From Thermoplasmatota archaeon (GTDB lineage: Archaea > Thermoplasmatota > E2 > JACPAO01 > JAHFTW01): a stretch of 64,000 bases of DNA. The DNA lies in assembly GCA_041601615.1 (NCBI GenBank), contig JBFIHX010000013.1, positions 1-64,000 on the forward strand, in the 5' to 3' direction. Shown piece after piece: positions 28,660 to 37,400 of the stretch (within the stretch, counting starts at the first letter, position 1; each line of letters begins with the position of its first letter). The notes under the pieces were generated by a model, which saw only the letters and a program-made list of their open reading frames with translations, was not told where the DNA came from and did not search any database. Made by a program: the position numbers and the translations under genes.

Positions 28660-30228
28660 TCAGCTGGCCTTCACTAGGGTAGCCCAGCGGGCGTTGTCAT
28701 ATTCTTCGATGCTCCACTTGTTCAGGGTGGCCACGTGCTTGGAGCACGCGTCGATGAGGCAGGCGACCTGGAACGTCGCGGGGTCCTTGGCGCTGCGATA
28801 ACTGGCGTGACTGACGCTGACCTCGATAAGGATACCGTCGAATTCCTCGGTGACGCGGTAAGGAATGTTGCCGAGGGCGTCGTCCGTGGTGGCTTGGCGG
28901 TAGTACACAACCTCGGAACCGATGCTGATGGGACGGTACGTCAGGACTTGGCGCGTCGGGGTTTCTTCTTCGACGGGCTCCTCCGGGATTTCAACGATGC
29001 CCGCCGGCGTGGCTGCGCCCGCAGCCGTTTCAGGTGCTGGCAACTTGCTTGGGGTCTTGGGCTTCACCTCAACGGTGGTCGTCCTGACCTGGGCGTCCTT
29101 GGGTGCGAGCTTCTCTGCTGTGGCGGTGGCCTTGCGGCTCTGGAGCTCGGTGTTGATTGTCTTGGGCTTGCGGTACGCGCTGTCGAAGGCGCGAGCGGCG
29201 AGGACGGCGTCGTGATGCTGTACGGCTTCGCGCAACATCTGGTACTCCCAGCTATCTTCGTCCCAGGCCCGCTTGGTGATGTCGGGTTCGACGCCGTGGA
29301 TGGTCAGTTCGCCGCGCATCCGCTGGCGGGTGGGGTGGTAGCCACCGTCGATCCAGTCCCAGTCATGAAGCGTGATGGCGCGCCCGTGACGATACGTGTC
29401 GAAGGCACTGTACTGGACCTTGCCCTCTTGGAGGACGCCAACCCAGCCTTCCGCACGGATGGTCTTCTTGGTGCCTAGATCCCAGTTGGCGTCGGCATTG
29501 TCTGCCTCGTAAGGCACCATGAGCATGCTGGCCTTGTCGTAGCAGGCTTCGATGGTTATGTCGATGGCAGCCTTGCCGTTGTCACCAAACTCGGCATTGA
29601 ACGTTTCCTCGACGGGCTCGATGTAGTCTCCAAGAACCTTTAGGCGCAGGAGGTTGGGATTGCCCTGCATGAAACGGCTGAAGCGCTTGCGCAGGTTGGC
29701 TTTCAGTTCAGGGATCTTGTTGTGGGGCTTGCTGCGCAGGTCGGTTATGACAATCTGCGTGCCGTGGCCCTCTTCGGTGCCGACGTCTTGTTCATAGATG
29801 GTGGCTTCCCACTCTTCCAAGTCTTCGTCCAGGACGACGCGGTACGTCTTGGTGCTGCCTTGGGGCTTAGTTGTGATGCTGAACCTGCGGCCGACGCCGA
29901 GGCAGGCCTGCTTCATGCCCAACCCGTATTGGCCGTGCTTCGTGGCGTCCTCGGCCTTGTCGCTTTGGGCTAGGGTGATGGCGTGCTGAAGTTCATGGCG
30001 GTTCATGCCCTTGCCGTTGTCTATGACGAGGACGGCATCGCGACGGGTCTCTTCGTCTTTGACGATGTCGATGGTGACGGTGACAGGCTTGCCCTCGATG
30101 CGAGCATCCAGACAGTTGTCAGTGAGGTCAGCGGCGGCGTCCCAGAGCTGGATGCCCTGCTTGCCCATGTGTCCGAAGAGCCTAGGGGAAGGGGTAATAC
30201 CTACCTTGTGCTCAATACTAGGCTGCAT
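28660..30228 (-). CDS. GHKL ATPase, MORC-like
   Basis: DLTDNCLDA, DNGKGM, GQYGLGMK and GTQIVI motifs; S5-like region RMRGEL; GGGGGT RBS before ATG 30228. Confidence 0.85.
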   Translation of the reverse strand: MQPSIEHKVGITPSPRLFGHMGKQGIQLWDAAADLTDNCLDARIEGKPVTVTIDIVKDEETRRDAVLVIDNGKGMNRHELQHAITLAQSDKAEDATKHGQYGLGMKQACLGVGRRFSITTKPQGSTKTYRVVLDEDLEEWEATIYEQDVGTEEGHGTQIVITDLRSKPHNKIPELKANLRKRFSRFMQGNPNLLRLKVLGDYIEPVEETFNAEFGDNGKAAIDITIEACYDKASMLMVPYEADNADANWDLGTKKTIRAEGWVGVLQEGKVQYSAFDTYRHGRAITLHDWDWIDGGYHPTRQRMRGELTIHGVEPDITKRAWDEDSWEYQMLREAVQHHDAVLAARAFDSAYRKPKTINTELQSRKATATAEKLAPKDAQVRTTTVEVKPKTPSKLPAPETAAGAATPAGIVEIPEEPVEEETPTRQVLTYRPISIGSEVVYYRQATTDDALGNIPYRVTEEFDGILIEVSVSHASYRSAKDPATFQVACLIDACSKHVATLNKWSIEEYDNARWATLVKAS

Positions 30229-30415
30229 TGAGGTACCCCCACACTCTGGATGTAGTTGTACTTTTCGCTTGTTACTACCGTTTCGATCCAACTTACCCCC
30301 GGTCGTGTCCGTTGCCGCAGATATTTGACGACGATCTATGTCCTTCGATAGTTACGATTGTCCATACACAGAATGGCAGACTCACGTCAATGAGCGTGGG
30401 CAACAGACGCAGGAC

Positions 30416-30476
30416 ATCTAACGGTTGAGCTAAGCCGCCCCGAAGCGCAGCGGTCGGCTTGAGCCATTTGTTGTCT
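30416..30476 (-). other. attC-like site (attC2)
   Basis: Minus strand AGACAAC aaatg gctcaagccgacc..gggcggcttagc tcaacc GTTAGAT, with the typical unpaired C and A on the top strand. Confidence 0.85.
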
Positions 30477-30573
30477 GGACTACCGAGGAAGGCATCCAGT
30501 TTCTGATAACCATTATTTGCAACGGGGGGATCATTAGCCCTGCGAGATTCGTTCCGATGGGGGCCCAAGCAGT

Positions 30574-32094
30574 CTAATCCTGACGGGCCATCAATTGGCC
30601 ACCTTCCACAAGTTTGTCTGGGCTCGGCTCGCGCACGTCAGGCATTTCTTTGAAATCGGTGACCTCGGGTAAGGCCTTCGCACTCGTCGCGAAACTAGCC
30701 AGCTCACGCCCCTTAGGCAAGAATCGGGATTCGTAGCTCTTGATGACATTGTTGTAGGCATCCGTCGCCCCCTTCAGGCCAGCGCCAATCTTTACGGTGT
30801 GCTCGACGAGCAGGTGGCCGCGTTCATAGACGTCGCGTGCAATCTTGAGAATCCTCTCTGACTCTTCGACGGCTTCAAGTTGACGGTGGCCAACGTGCAC
30901 GACCTTGAGCAATCCAACGAGGGTGCTGCTGGTTGCGATGAGGATTCCCTTCTGAATGGCGTAATCCAACAAGGACGAGTCTGCTTCGAGTGCTGCTAGG
31001 AACGCTGATTCGCCTGGCAGGAACATCACCGTAAATGGGGCAGCCCCCTTGAATTGGTCCTGGTATGATTTGCTGCCCAATGTCTGCACGTGGCCCTTAA
31101 TTGCCCTGGCATACTGCTTCAGGTGTTGCTCGCGATCCTTTGCATCCGGGGCTTCAAGTGAGGCGAAAAACGCGTTGAGTGGCGCTTTCGAGTCAATAAC
31201 AACCTTGTTGTCATCCGCGAGGCATACAACAATGTCCGGGCGCATTGATCCATCATCCGTGCTGACATGGGCTTGGCTGTGGAAATGAATGCCTTCACGC
31301 AGGCCACTATACTCCAAGAGGCGCTCTAAGCGAATTTCTCCGAAGTCCCCCTGGACCTTGACATTCCCAAGGGCGGTGGTGAGGCGGACTGCTTCCTTTT
31401 GGATCTCGCCGCTTTGCTTGAGAATCTCCGCGAACTGGTCCTTGAAGCTTTGACCCTCTTCGGCGCGGGACTTCTCGATTCCCTTCAGGTGTTCAGCGAG
31501 TTTCTTGAATTCAGATTCAAACGCTTTCTGGCGTTCTTTGCGTAGCATCTCATCTGCTTCCTCGCGGGCTAAGCGCTCTTTGTTCTGCAAGGCAAGGGTT
31601 TCGTCCGTGATCTCCTTGAGCAATTTCTTGCTGAGTTCGGCTTGCTTGGCTTCGCTCAGTTCGCGCTGTGTTTTGAAGTTCTCTTCGCGCTCCGCGTTTT
31701 GATCGCGCAGGGCCTGGAGTGACGCGTTGGCACTGGCTAGGTCTGTACTGCGGGCTTCGAGTTGCAATCGCAGAGACGCAACGGCTTCTTCGAGGCCTTG
31801 GACTTCGATTTGTAGTGATGCGGCTCGACTGGATGCGCTTGCAGCCTTTTCCTTGCTCTCTTCGACACGGCCATGGAGGGTTTCTTGAACTTCGCCAAGA
31901 CGGCGTTGATGAGCTTCCTGGGCATTATCGAATTTGGTTTGCAGGGCCTGTGCAGCAGCTTTGGATTCCTGGAGACGTTCTCGGAGCGCATTCAGTTCGC
32001 CTTTGCCCGTTTGTGGGCGCATCTTATAGCCGATAAACAGACCAACTAGCAACACTGCGACAGCACTTACGATAAGTACAATCTCCGAACCCAT
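30574..32094 (-). CDS. rmuC: RmuC-family PD-(D/E)xK nuclease with N-terminal TM and coiled coil
   Basis: GDFGE..LE.LLE, RPD, IDSK and MFLPGES motifs. Confidence 0.9.
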   Translation of the reverse strand: MGSEIVLIVSAVAVLLVGLFIGYKMRPQTGKGELNALRERLQESKAAAQALQTKFDNAQEAHQRRLGEVQETLHGRVEESKEKAASASSRAASLQIEVQGLEEAVASLRLQLEARSTDLASANASLQALRDQNAEREENFKTQRELSEAKQAELSKKLLKEITDETLALQNKERLAREEADEMLRKERQKAFESEFKKLAEHLKGIEKSRAEEGQSFKDQFAEILKQSGEIQKEAVRLTTALGNVKVQGDFGEIRLERLLEYSGLREGIHFHSQAHVSTDDGSMRPDIVVCLADDNKVVIDSKAPLNAFFASLEAPDAKDREQHLKQYARAIKGHVQTLGSKSYQDQFKGAAPFTVMFLPGESAFLAALEADSSLLDYAIQKGILIATSSTLVGLLKVVHVGHRQLEAVEESERILKIARDVYERGHLLVEHTVKIGAGLKGATDAYNNVIKSYESRFLPKGRELASFATSAKALPEVTDFKEMPDVREPSPDKLVEGGQLMARQD

Positions 32095-32172
32095 GCGTGG
32101 GGCACGATATGATGGCTGTTTATAGGATGCCCTGCAAGAACGATGAGGTTTTGCCGTCCTGCGTTGATGTCC

Positions 32173-32236
32173 AGATAACGACTGAGGTAAGCCGCCTCGA
32201 CCGCAGGGAGACGTCGGCTTGAGCGATTTGTTATCT
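32173..32236 (-). other. attC-like site (attC1)
   Basis: Minus strand AGATAAC aaatc gctcaagccgac..ggcggcttacc tcagtc GTTATCT, 19 bp after the stop of 32255-32719. Confidence 0.85.
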
Positions 32237-32254
32237 GACGAAGGTTAGAGTTCT

Positions 32255-32719
32255 CTAAAGGATATTGAACAAGGCCACCAAAGCACCTACACCGTGGACT
32301 GTCCAAAATGCGACAACATGCATCTTGTCATCCATGTTCAACGTCCGCACACCAGGCAAGTTCTTTGTAAACACGCCGACCAGAAATACCACGAACACGG
32401 CCCCGACGAACTGAATGACATAGTATCCCACGTCCGGCAGCCCGTTTGCAATCGCCTGAACCCCGCCGTAAAGAACTACAAGGGACGGCGCAAAGGAGAG
32501 GTCATAATACATGAACTGCCGGCCCGAGCGAGTCGCATTCCATGCGGCGTTGACGGCGGAGACGAGCGCCAGCCAACTCACGATGCCAAACGTGCCAAGG
32601 GGCTCCAAATCTGGGAGCGACCAATGGTATGGGCCCCCGTTCATAAAGTGTTGAAGGGCGACAAATGCCAGGAACAACAAAACAATCGGGCCCAGCTGGA
32701 AAACGGCTTTTTTTGCCAT
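32255..32719 (-). CDS. Multi-TM membrane protein (cassette A)
   Basis: About five hydrophobic helices; lies between the attI-like site and attC1. Confidence 0.75.
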   Translation of the reverse strand: MAKKAVFQLGPIVLLFLAFVALQHFMNGGPYHWSLPDLEPLGTFGIVSWLALVSAVNAAWNATRSGRQFMYYDLSFAPSLVVLYGGVQAIANGLPDVGYYVIQFVGAVFVVFLVGVFTKNLPGVRTLNMDDKMHVVAFWTVHGVGALVALFNIL

Positions 32720-32776
32720 ATGTTGGCACGGCGCCTAGGCTCAAAGTATGATTGGAATGGGCCCCATTCGACAGAA

Positions 32777-32799
32777 AACTGGTCCTTCAGTGGTTGTCC
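32777..32799 (-). other. attI-like site 1
   Basis: GGACAACCACTGAAGGACCAGTT, 21/23 identical to 51322-51344; ends in GTT at the head of the array. Confidence 0.65.
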
Positions 32800-32861
32800 T
32801 GTAAAGTTCGGCCCACCTCTACCGCATATCCGGAGACCTGGCTCACCTTGGCCCCCCCGGT

Positions 32862-33932
32862 TCACTCCTTGCGCGCTCCGCGTCGTGGGTTGTGGTGTGA
32901 GGGTCCACATCGTCTTCGCATGGCTTCGGCTTTGGGGATGCGGTAGTAGTTGGTCCATGGTGCGGCTTCGAGCACGAGCTTCAGGTGCCGGTCGGGGACC
33001 ATGATGTTTCGGGTCATGACTGGTCGGCGTCCGCTGTTTCTCCACGTAGCTGCCGTGTGCATGACGCGCATGAGGTCGGCTTCACGCCAGTCATTGCAGG
33101 GGCTCGGGCCTCCTACGTCCTTGATGTGGGTGGGTCGGCTGCGCTGGTGAACATCCGTGTACCGCACCCGGAGTTCGCCCCCTGGCGACTTGTAGAGGCC
33201 GGCATGGATGCGCCTCGCGTCGATCCCCGCTCGGCCTGCCTCCATGCCCGCAGCGATGAGATCCTTGACATGATGCGCCGAGTGCGGGTGAAAATCTCGG
33301 TGACTGAAGATCTCCACGGGCCACGAACCGCCAAGCTTGAACGGCATGTAGGGCCGCAGCGTCCACGCCAGTCCACTTGCAACGCTGGGGTCCAGTACGT
33401 CGGGATTGGCGTCGGCGCCACTAATGATGCCCTCGATGCAAGGCCGTACACCTTGCCTTGGATCACCGCCGAAGGCATGCAGCCACAGGCTTGCGCGAGT
33501 GAAGCCGGAGGTGCGGCGCAAGGATCGCATGACGCGACTCATCGCCTCCCGGCCCTCCGCTGGCGTCGAGACGCCCGGAAGGGGGATGCTGACGCAGTGG
33601 ATATTGGCCTGCCCAATATGCAAGAGTGCGGCTTTGATGCCGTTGTATCTTGCCTGTCGCTCGTTGCAGAAGCAACACCGCACCGCGTCATAGCAAGGCC
33701 CGCCTCGGCCCCGGTACACGCCCGGACGCATGGCTCCCACGCACGCCTCCGGGGGCGTCTGGTAGTCGCTTGGAAGGGACTCGTCAGGAAGGTAGTACGG
33801 CGCGTCGTGGCCCTGGTGCAGCTCCAAGTAGCGGCGTCGGACTTGGGCAAGAGAAGGTCGGCCCTCATGGGGCTGACAAGACGGCGGTGGGGTAGTGGGG
33901 CTGAGGGGTGCTGCCTCCGGTACACGGACCAT
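32862..33932 (-). CDS. IS91/Y2-type HUH Rep-like protein, degenerate active site
   Basis: C..RCCFC Zn motif, HCVSIPLP, WLHAFG..RPCIE, GRAGIDARRI and VRYTD segments in IS91-transposase order. Confidence 0.55.
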   Translation of the reverse strand: MVRVPEAAPLSPTTPPPSCQPHEGRPSLAQVRRRYLELHQGHDAPYYLPDESLPSDYQTPPEACVGAMRPGVYRGRGGPCYDAVRCCFCNERQARYNGIKAALLHIGQANIHCVSIPLPGVSTPAEGREAMSRVMRSLRRTSGFTRASLWLHAFGGDPRQGVRPCIEGIISGADANPDVLDPSVASGLAWTLRPYMPFKLGGSWPVEIFSHRDFHPHSAHHVKDLIAAGMEAGRAGIDARRIHAGLYKSPGGELRVRYTDVHQRSRPTHIKDVGGPSPCNDWREADLMRVMHTAATWRNSGRRPVMTRNIMVPDRHLKLVLEAAPWTNYYRIPKAEAMRRRCGPSHHNPRRGARKE

Positions 33933-33987
33933 CAAGCCACCACGCCCCTGTCCAGGCCAGAAGCAGTGATGCCCGACCAACCCAGAC

Positions 33988-34052
33988 TTGTCATAGCATG
34001 ACAAACTCTCTAGTTGTATATATTAGTTTGTCATATCTGACATGCCATGACA
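33988..34052. promoter_or_regulatory. Divergent promoter with TGTCA/TGACA operators
   Basis: TTGTCAT-AGC-ATGACAA palindrome, GTATATATTA TATA box, TGTCA-TATC-TGACA. Confidence 0.65.
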
Positions 34053-34079
34053 TTTATGTGGGGGGGTTGATGCCATGGC

Positions 34080-34355
34080 ATGGACCCCCTGGTTGCACCT
34101 CGCAAAGGCGCCGACCTGACCGACAGGGAACGGGCGCTCTTGAGCATGGCCAGCCTGCACCTGCAAAGCAACCAAGTCGTGGCGCGTGGGACCGTTCCCC
34201 TCGACGACGCCCTGTTCATCGCAGAACAGATCCGCGCCGGCCGCATCAAGGACGTAAGCCACGCCATCGCCCGAGGATTCGGGCTCCTGCGCCGAGTCAT
34301 GGAACAAAGCATGGACGCAGAGGCCCGTGCCCTGGACCGCGAATTCGAGTTGTAG
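34080..34355 (+). CDS. Ribbon-helix-helix regulator
   Basis: VARGTVPLDDALFIAEQIRAGRIKDVSHAIARGFGLL fits the Arc/MetJ/CopG pattern. Confidence 0.65.
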   Translation: MDPLVAPRKGADLTDRERALLSMASLHLQSNQVVARGTVPLDDALFIAEQIRAGRIKDVSHAIARGFGLLRRVMEQSMDAEARALDREFEL

Positions 34356-34361
34356 CCACGA

Positions 34362-35786
34362 CTACGGCAACATCCAGCCATCATCGCCTTTGAATCGCCT
34401 ACCCGCAGTCCGGTTTTCTTTCTCTTCCACATCCGCGAGGAGCGACGAATCGAGCTGATTCACTTGATGCAGCCACCAAGCGTATTCCTCACGGTGACCC
34501 ATATCTGAGCAAACACGAGCGCGTTCAAGGGCGATGCGTGCCCGATTGCGAGGAGTCGTAACAAGGCCACCCGCTCGAATTAGATCCCGTTCCGCTCCAG
34601 CAAATTTTCCAGCTTGGCGACGCGCGATTGCTCGCTGCATATACCCGCCCGCGTCAGAGCGGTCGCGCACGGTCGCCCAAGTTGCCAATCCAATGGCCGT
34701 TCTACGAAAACCAATGCCCGTGAGTCGTTTCGACACTTGGACCCAGGCACGAGATGTCGGAACGAGCAAGACCACCAGGGCAACAAGGACAAGGAAAAAG
34801 GGCCAGAGCAGAATCGTGGAGGAAGTAGTTGGAGTCGCCCCCGTGACGAATCCTGATTCGCCCATGAACTGAATCGTGCCTTCCATATCCTGCATCAAAC
34901 CACGTTCAGCACCCGCAAAGAACGGACCCCCAATGTGCCCACTTAGCTCAATGGTCCTCGGTTCAAGCACCCCCCAATCCTTTGCCAACCCTCCATCAAC
35001 CAATGTGGCAGATCCCTCGGTGCTACCGGTGATTGATGCACTGATGAGGGTTGCCAAGGAACCCGAGAACGGATACTGCATTGTGGCATCCCAGAGGGTG
35101 ACGTAGGCTTGGACGCGCTCGCCCTCATAGACCACGGCGCTGTCCGTGCGTGGGTCGTCAATGCGAGTCCCGTATGTGCGCCCAGTTGTGAAGTTCTGGA
35201 CTTCGCCGCCCGTGGAATGCAAGGCGCCACCCCACTCCCACAAGACGAGCATGAAGGAACCACGAAGATGTAGGGTTCCAGGGCAAAGCGTCGCATTGAT
35301 GGAGGATGGAGTCGGAATGGAAATCTCGTCTCGGCGCCCATGGATGTAATGCGAAACCTCCACGGACTCTGGACCGCGTTGGTAGGTCGCACAAGTGGTC
35401 GTCGCTTGGATGATGGGAGGGTCGGCACCGGGTAGGGCGAAGACGGCCATGTAGGCATCCTCGTCATGAGGGCTCGAAACGAGGCGGCTATCCGTGAACG
35501 GATACGACTCCATGGGTTGCTCTTCATTGAAGGAGGCGCCGGCAACGTGCGCGGATTCCGTGATGTGATCCAACTCCATGAGGCCACGGTCAGCGCGAAT
35601 CTTCAAGCCATGCCCGGGCATTTGATGGTCTCCAAATTTGAAGAACACCAACACGTTGCCTTCCAGTTCTACGAGGCCCGCGTGTTCGGCTTGCTTGAAT
35701 TGGACGAGCGTGGAGGTATCGGGGTTAGCGGTGGCTACAGGGACACCAAGAAGAAGGGCAATTGTGAGCGCCAATCCATATTTCAT
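34362..35786 (-). CDS. Secreted domain + TM + cytoplasmic TPR-like protein
   Basis: Signal peptide, WEW motif, TM helix and TPR-like helices; paralogue of 62481-64000. Confidence 0.7.
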   Translation of the reverse strand: MKYGLALTIALLLGVPVATANPDTSTLVQFKQAEHAGLVELEGNVLVFFKFGDHQMPGHGLKIRADRGLMELDHITESAHVAGASFNEEQPMESYPFTDSRLVSSPHDEDAYMAVFALPGADPPIIQATTTCATYQRGPESVEVSHYIHGRRDEISIPTPSSINATLCPGTLHLRGSFMLVLWEWGGALHSTGGEVQNFTTGRTYGTRIDDPRTDSAVVYEGERVQAYVTLWDATMQYPFSGSLATLISASITGSTEGSATLVDGGLAKDWGVLEPRTIELSGHIGGPFFAGAERGLMQDMEGTIQFMGESGFVTGATPTTSSTILLWPFFLVLVALVVLLVPTSRAWVQVSKRLTGIGFRRTAIGLATWATVRDRSDAGGYMQRAIARRQAGKFAGAERDLIRAGGLVTTPRNRARIALERARVCSDMGHREEYAWWLHQVNQLDSSLLADVEEKENRTAGRRFKGDDGWMLP

Positions 35787-35806
35787 GTTCAAGACAGAGC
35801 AGGGTT

Positions 35807-36163
35807 CTAGCCGTTGACGATGTCCTGTACCGTGCCAATTAGACACAGTGGATCCGTATAGATTTCGACCGGTGGTTTGTCGTCTACGAGAGTCACCATG
35901 ATCCAATCGCAAATGGGTCCCGCGCCGCCCGATACTTCACTCGGAGCCTCCTCGTAGACGATGTTCACAACGGAATCAAAGAGCAGCATGGCTTCGCTCG
36001 CCTTCGCTTCCACCCAGGCTCGATCCGGTAGCGCAATGTCTCCGACGTACACCGTGACTTTGACCTGAGCATCGGGAATGTTGAGGGGGCCTGCCCAAGC
36101 AGTAGGAACGGCAAACAGCAGGGCGACGAGCAAACTCACCAGCGCCAGGGACCGATTGACCAT
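35807..36163 (-). CDS. Small secreted protein
   Basis: Signal peptide ending AWA. Confidence 0.6.
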   Translation of the reverse strand: MVNRSLALVSLLVALLFAVPTAWAGPLNIPDAQVKVTVYVGDIALPDRAWVEAKASEAMLLFDSVVNIVYEEAPSEVSGGAGPICDWIMVTLVDDKPPVEIYTDPLCLIGTVQDIVNG

Positions 36164-36196
36164 GCGGGCCGATAAGCCAACGGGTACAAGAAATTA

Positions 36197-37354
36197 TCAC
36201 CCCGATATTAATTGTACAAACGCAGGGCGGTCGTCAGGAGTCCAGGCGAGTCCTTTCTCCAAGAGTCCCATCACTTGGGCGTGGAATTGGATTGGGTCGC
36301 CGTCCTCGCCCCATAAGCGTCCGATTTCGCAAACACGGGTCGCGATGCGTTTGATTTCGTTCGAGCTGTATGCACCGCCTAGGTCGTCGTCCAGTTCCAA
36401 GCGCACGGCATCATACGAGAACTTCGACATGCTCAACCGATTCATGGTGGCAGCATCCGCAAGCACCTCGATGATGTGGGCCCGCATGATGGCGGCGTCC
36501 ACGCCGCCCATGTTGACTGCGAGGTCCAGGTTTGCTTCCTTGAGAGGGGTGTAGAGACTCCAGGTTTCGGGGTCACAAAAGGGAAGATACACGAGGCCGA
36601 TGGGTTCGTTGCCCTGGAAATAGAGCCCCAGAAGCAGCTTCTTTTCGGCGTTCGTGCCGATCATTTCGATGGTGACGTCTCGGATGCGGGGACCTTCTTT
36701 GTTGGCCGCACAGAAGATCATCGAGATGCCTGTCTGTCGCAATCGCGCCTCCTGGTTCTGAACGAGTTGTTCCTTGGTTCGGCTGCCTTCCCCGATGCTT
36801 GCAGTCTCTTCATCCAAGACCACGACGCGGGGCGCGTCCTGGTTGGCCTTGATTTGCCGCCAGGAACGAATGATACTCCGCATCCAGGGCCGGGGGTAGA
36901 ACGAGACCGCTTGGTGGACATGGTGAGGTCGCAGCCCTAGCCATTCGGCAATGGTCATGGCAGCACTGGATTTACCGCTGCCCGTGGGGCCTCGGATTTC
37001 GATGGTGGCGTTGGAGCTTCCATCATGGCGGGCGGCTCGATCAAGGATATAATCACGCGCCAATTCGGTCGCGTCTCGTTGGAATGCTCCGTATCTTCGC
37101 GTGCGTTGGCTTGGGTCGTCATCGGAGCCGTAGGCAAGGAACGTTTCGGCCAGTGCGACGGCTTCGCCAAGTGTACGAAGGAATCCTTGGGCGTAGATGT
37201 CTCGGGCCGTTTCGTAGGCGCAACGCCAGCCGGCTTCCAGGGCCGCGAGTTTGGCCGCAGCACCTTCCTCGGAACTGAGTTCCGAGGAGTTGGCCAGTGC
37301 CATGACCTGCACGGATTGGACGCGTTGAGTCTGGAGAGCTTCCGCTGATTGCAT
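36197..37354 (-). CDS. P-loop ATPase, possibly viral packaging or extrusion
   Basis: Walker A GPTGSGKS, Walker B VVVLDEE, RLRQ. Confidence 0.75.
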   Translation of the reverse strand: MQSAEALQTQRVQSVQVMALANSSELSSEEGAAAKLAALEAGWRCAYETARDIYAQGFLRTLGEAVALAETFLAYGSDDDPSQRTRRYGAFQRDATELARDYILDRAARHDGSSNATIEIRGPTGSGKSSAAMTIAEWLGLRPHHVHQAVSFYPRPWMRSIIRSWRQIKANQDAPRVVVLDEETASIGEGSRTKEQLVQNQEARLRQTGISMIFCAANKEGPRIRDVTIEMIGTNAEKKLLLGLYFQGNEPIGLVYLPFCDPETWSLYTPLKEANLDLAVNMGGVDAAIMRAHIIEVLADAATMNRLSMSKFSYDAVRLELDDDLGGAYSSNEIKRIATRVCEIGRLWGEDGDPIQFHAQVMGLLEKGLAWTPDDRPAFVQLISG

Positions 37355-37400
37355 GGTGTATTACCTCGTAGATTTCAGGGGGGCAAAGGGGGCTACTGCG

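Noticed and set aside
30288-30314. Peptide PTYPRSCPL appears both here (+) and near 10194-10220 (-)
   Set aside because: Both lie in probably untranslated frames with poor nucleotide identity, and one such 9-mer match is plausible by chance in six-frame GC-rich translations.
30293-30568. 91-aa minus-strand ORF
   Set aside because: It runs across attC2, a cassette junction, so it is probably spurious.
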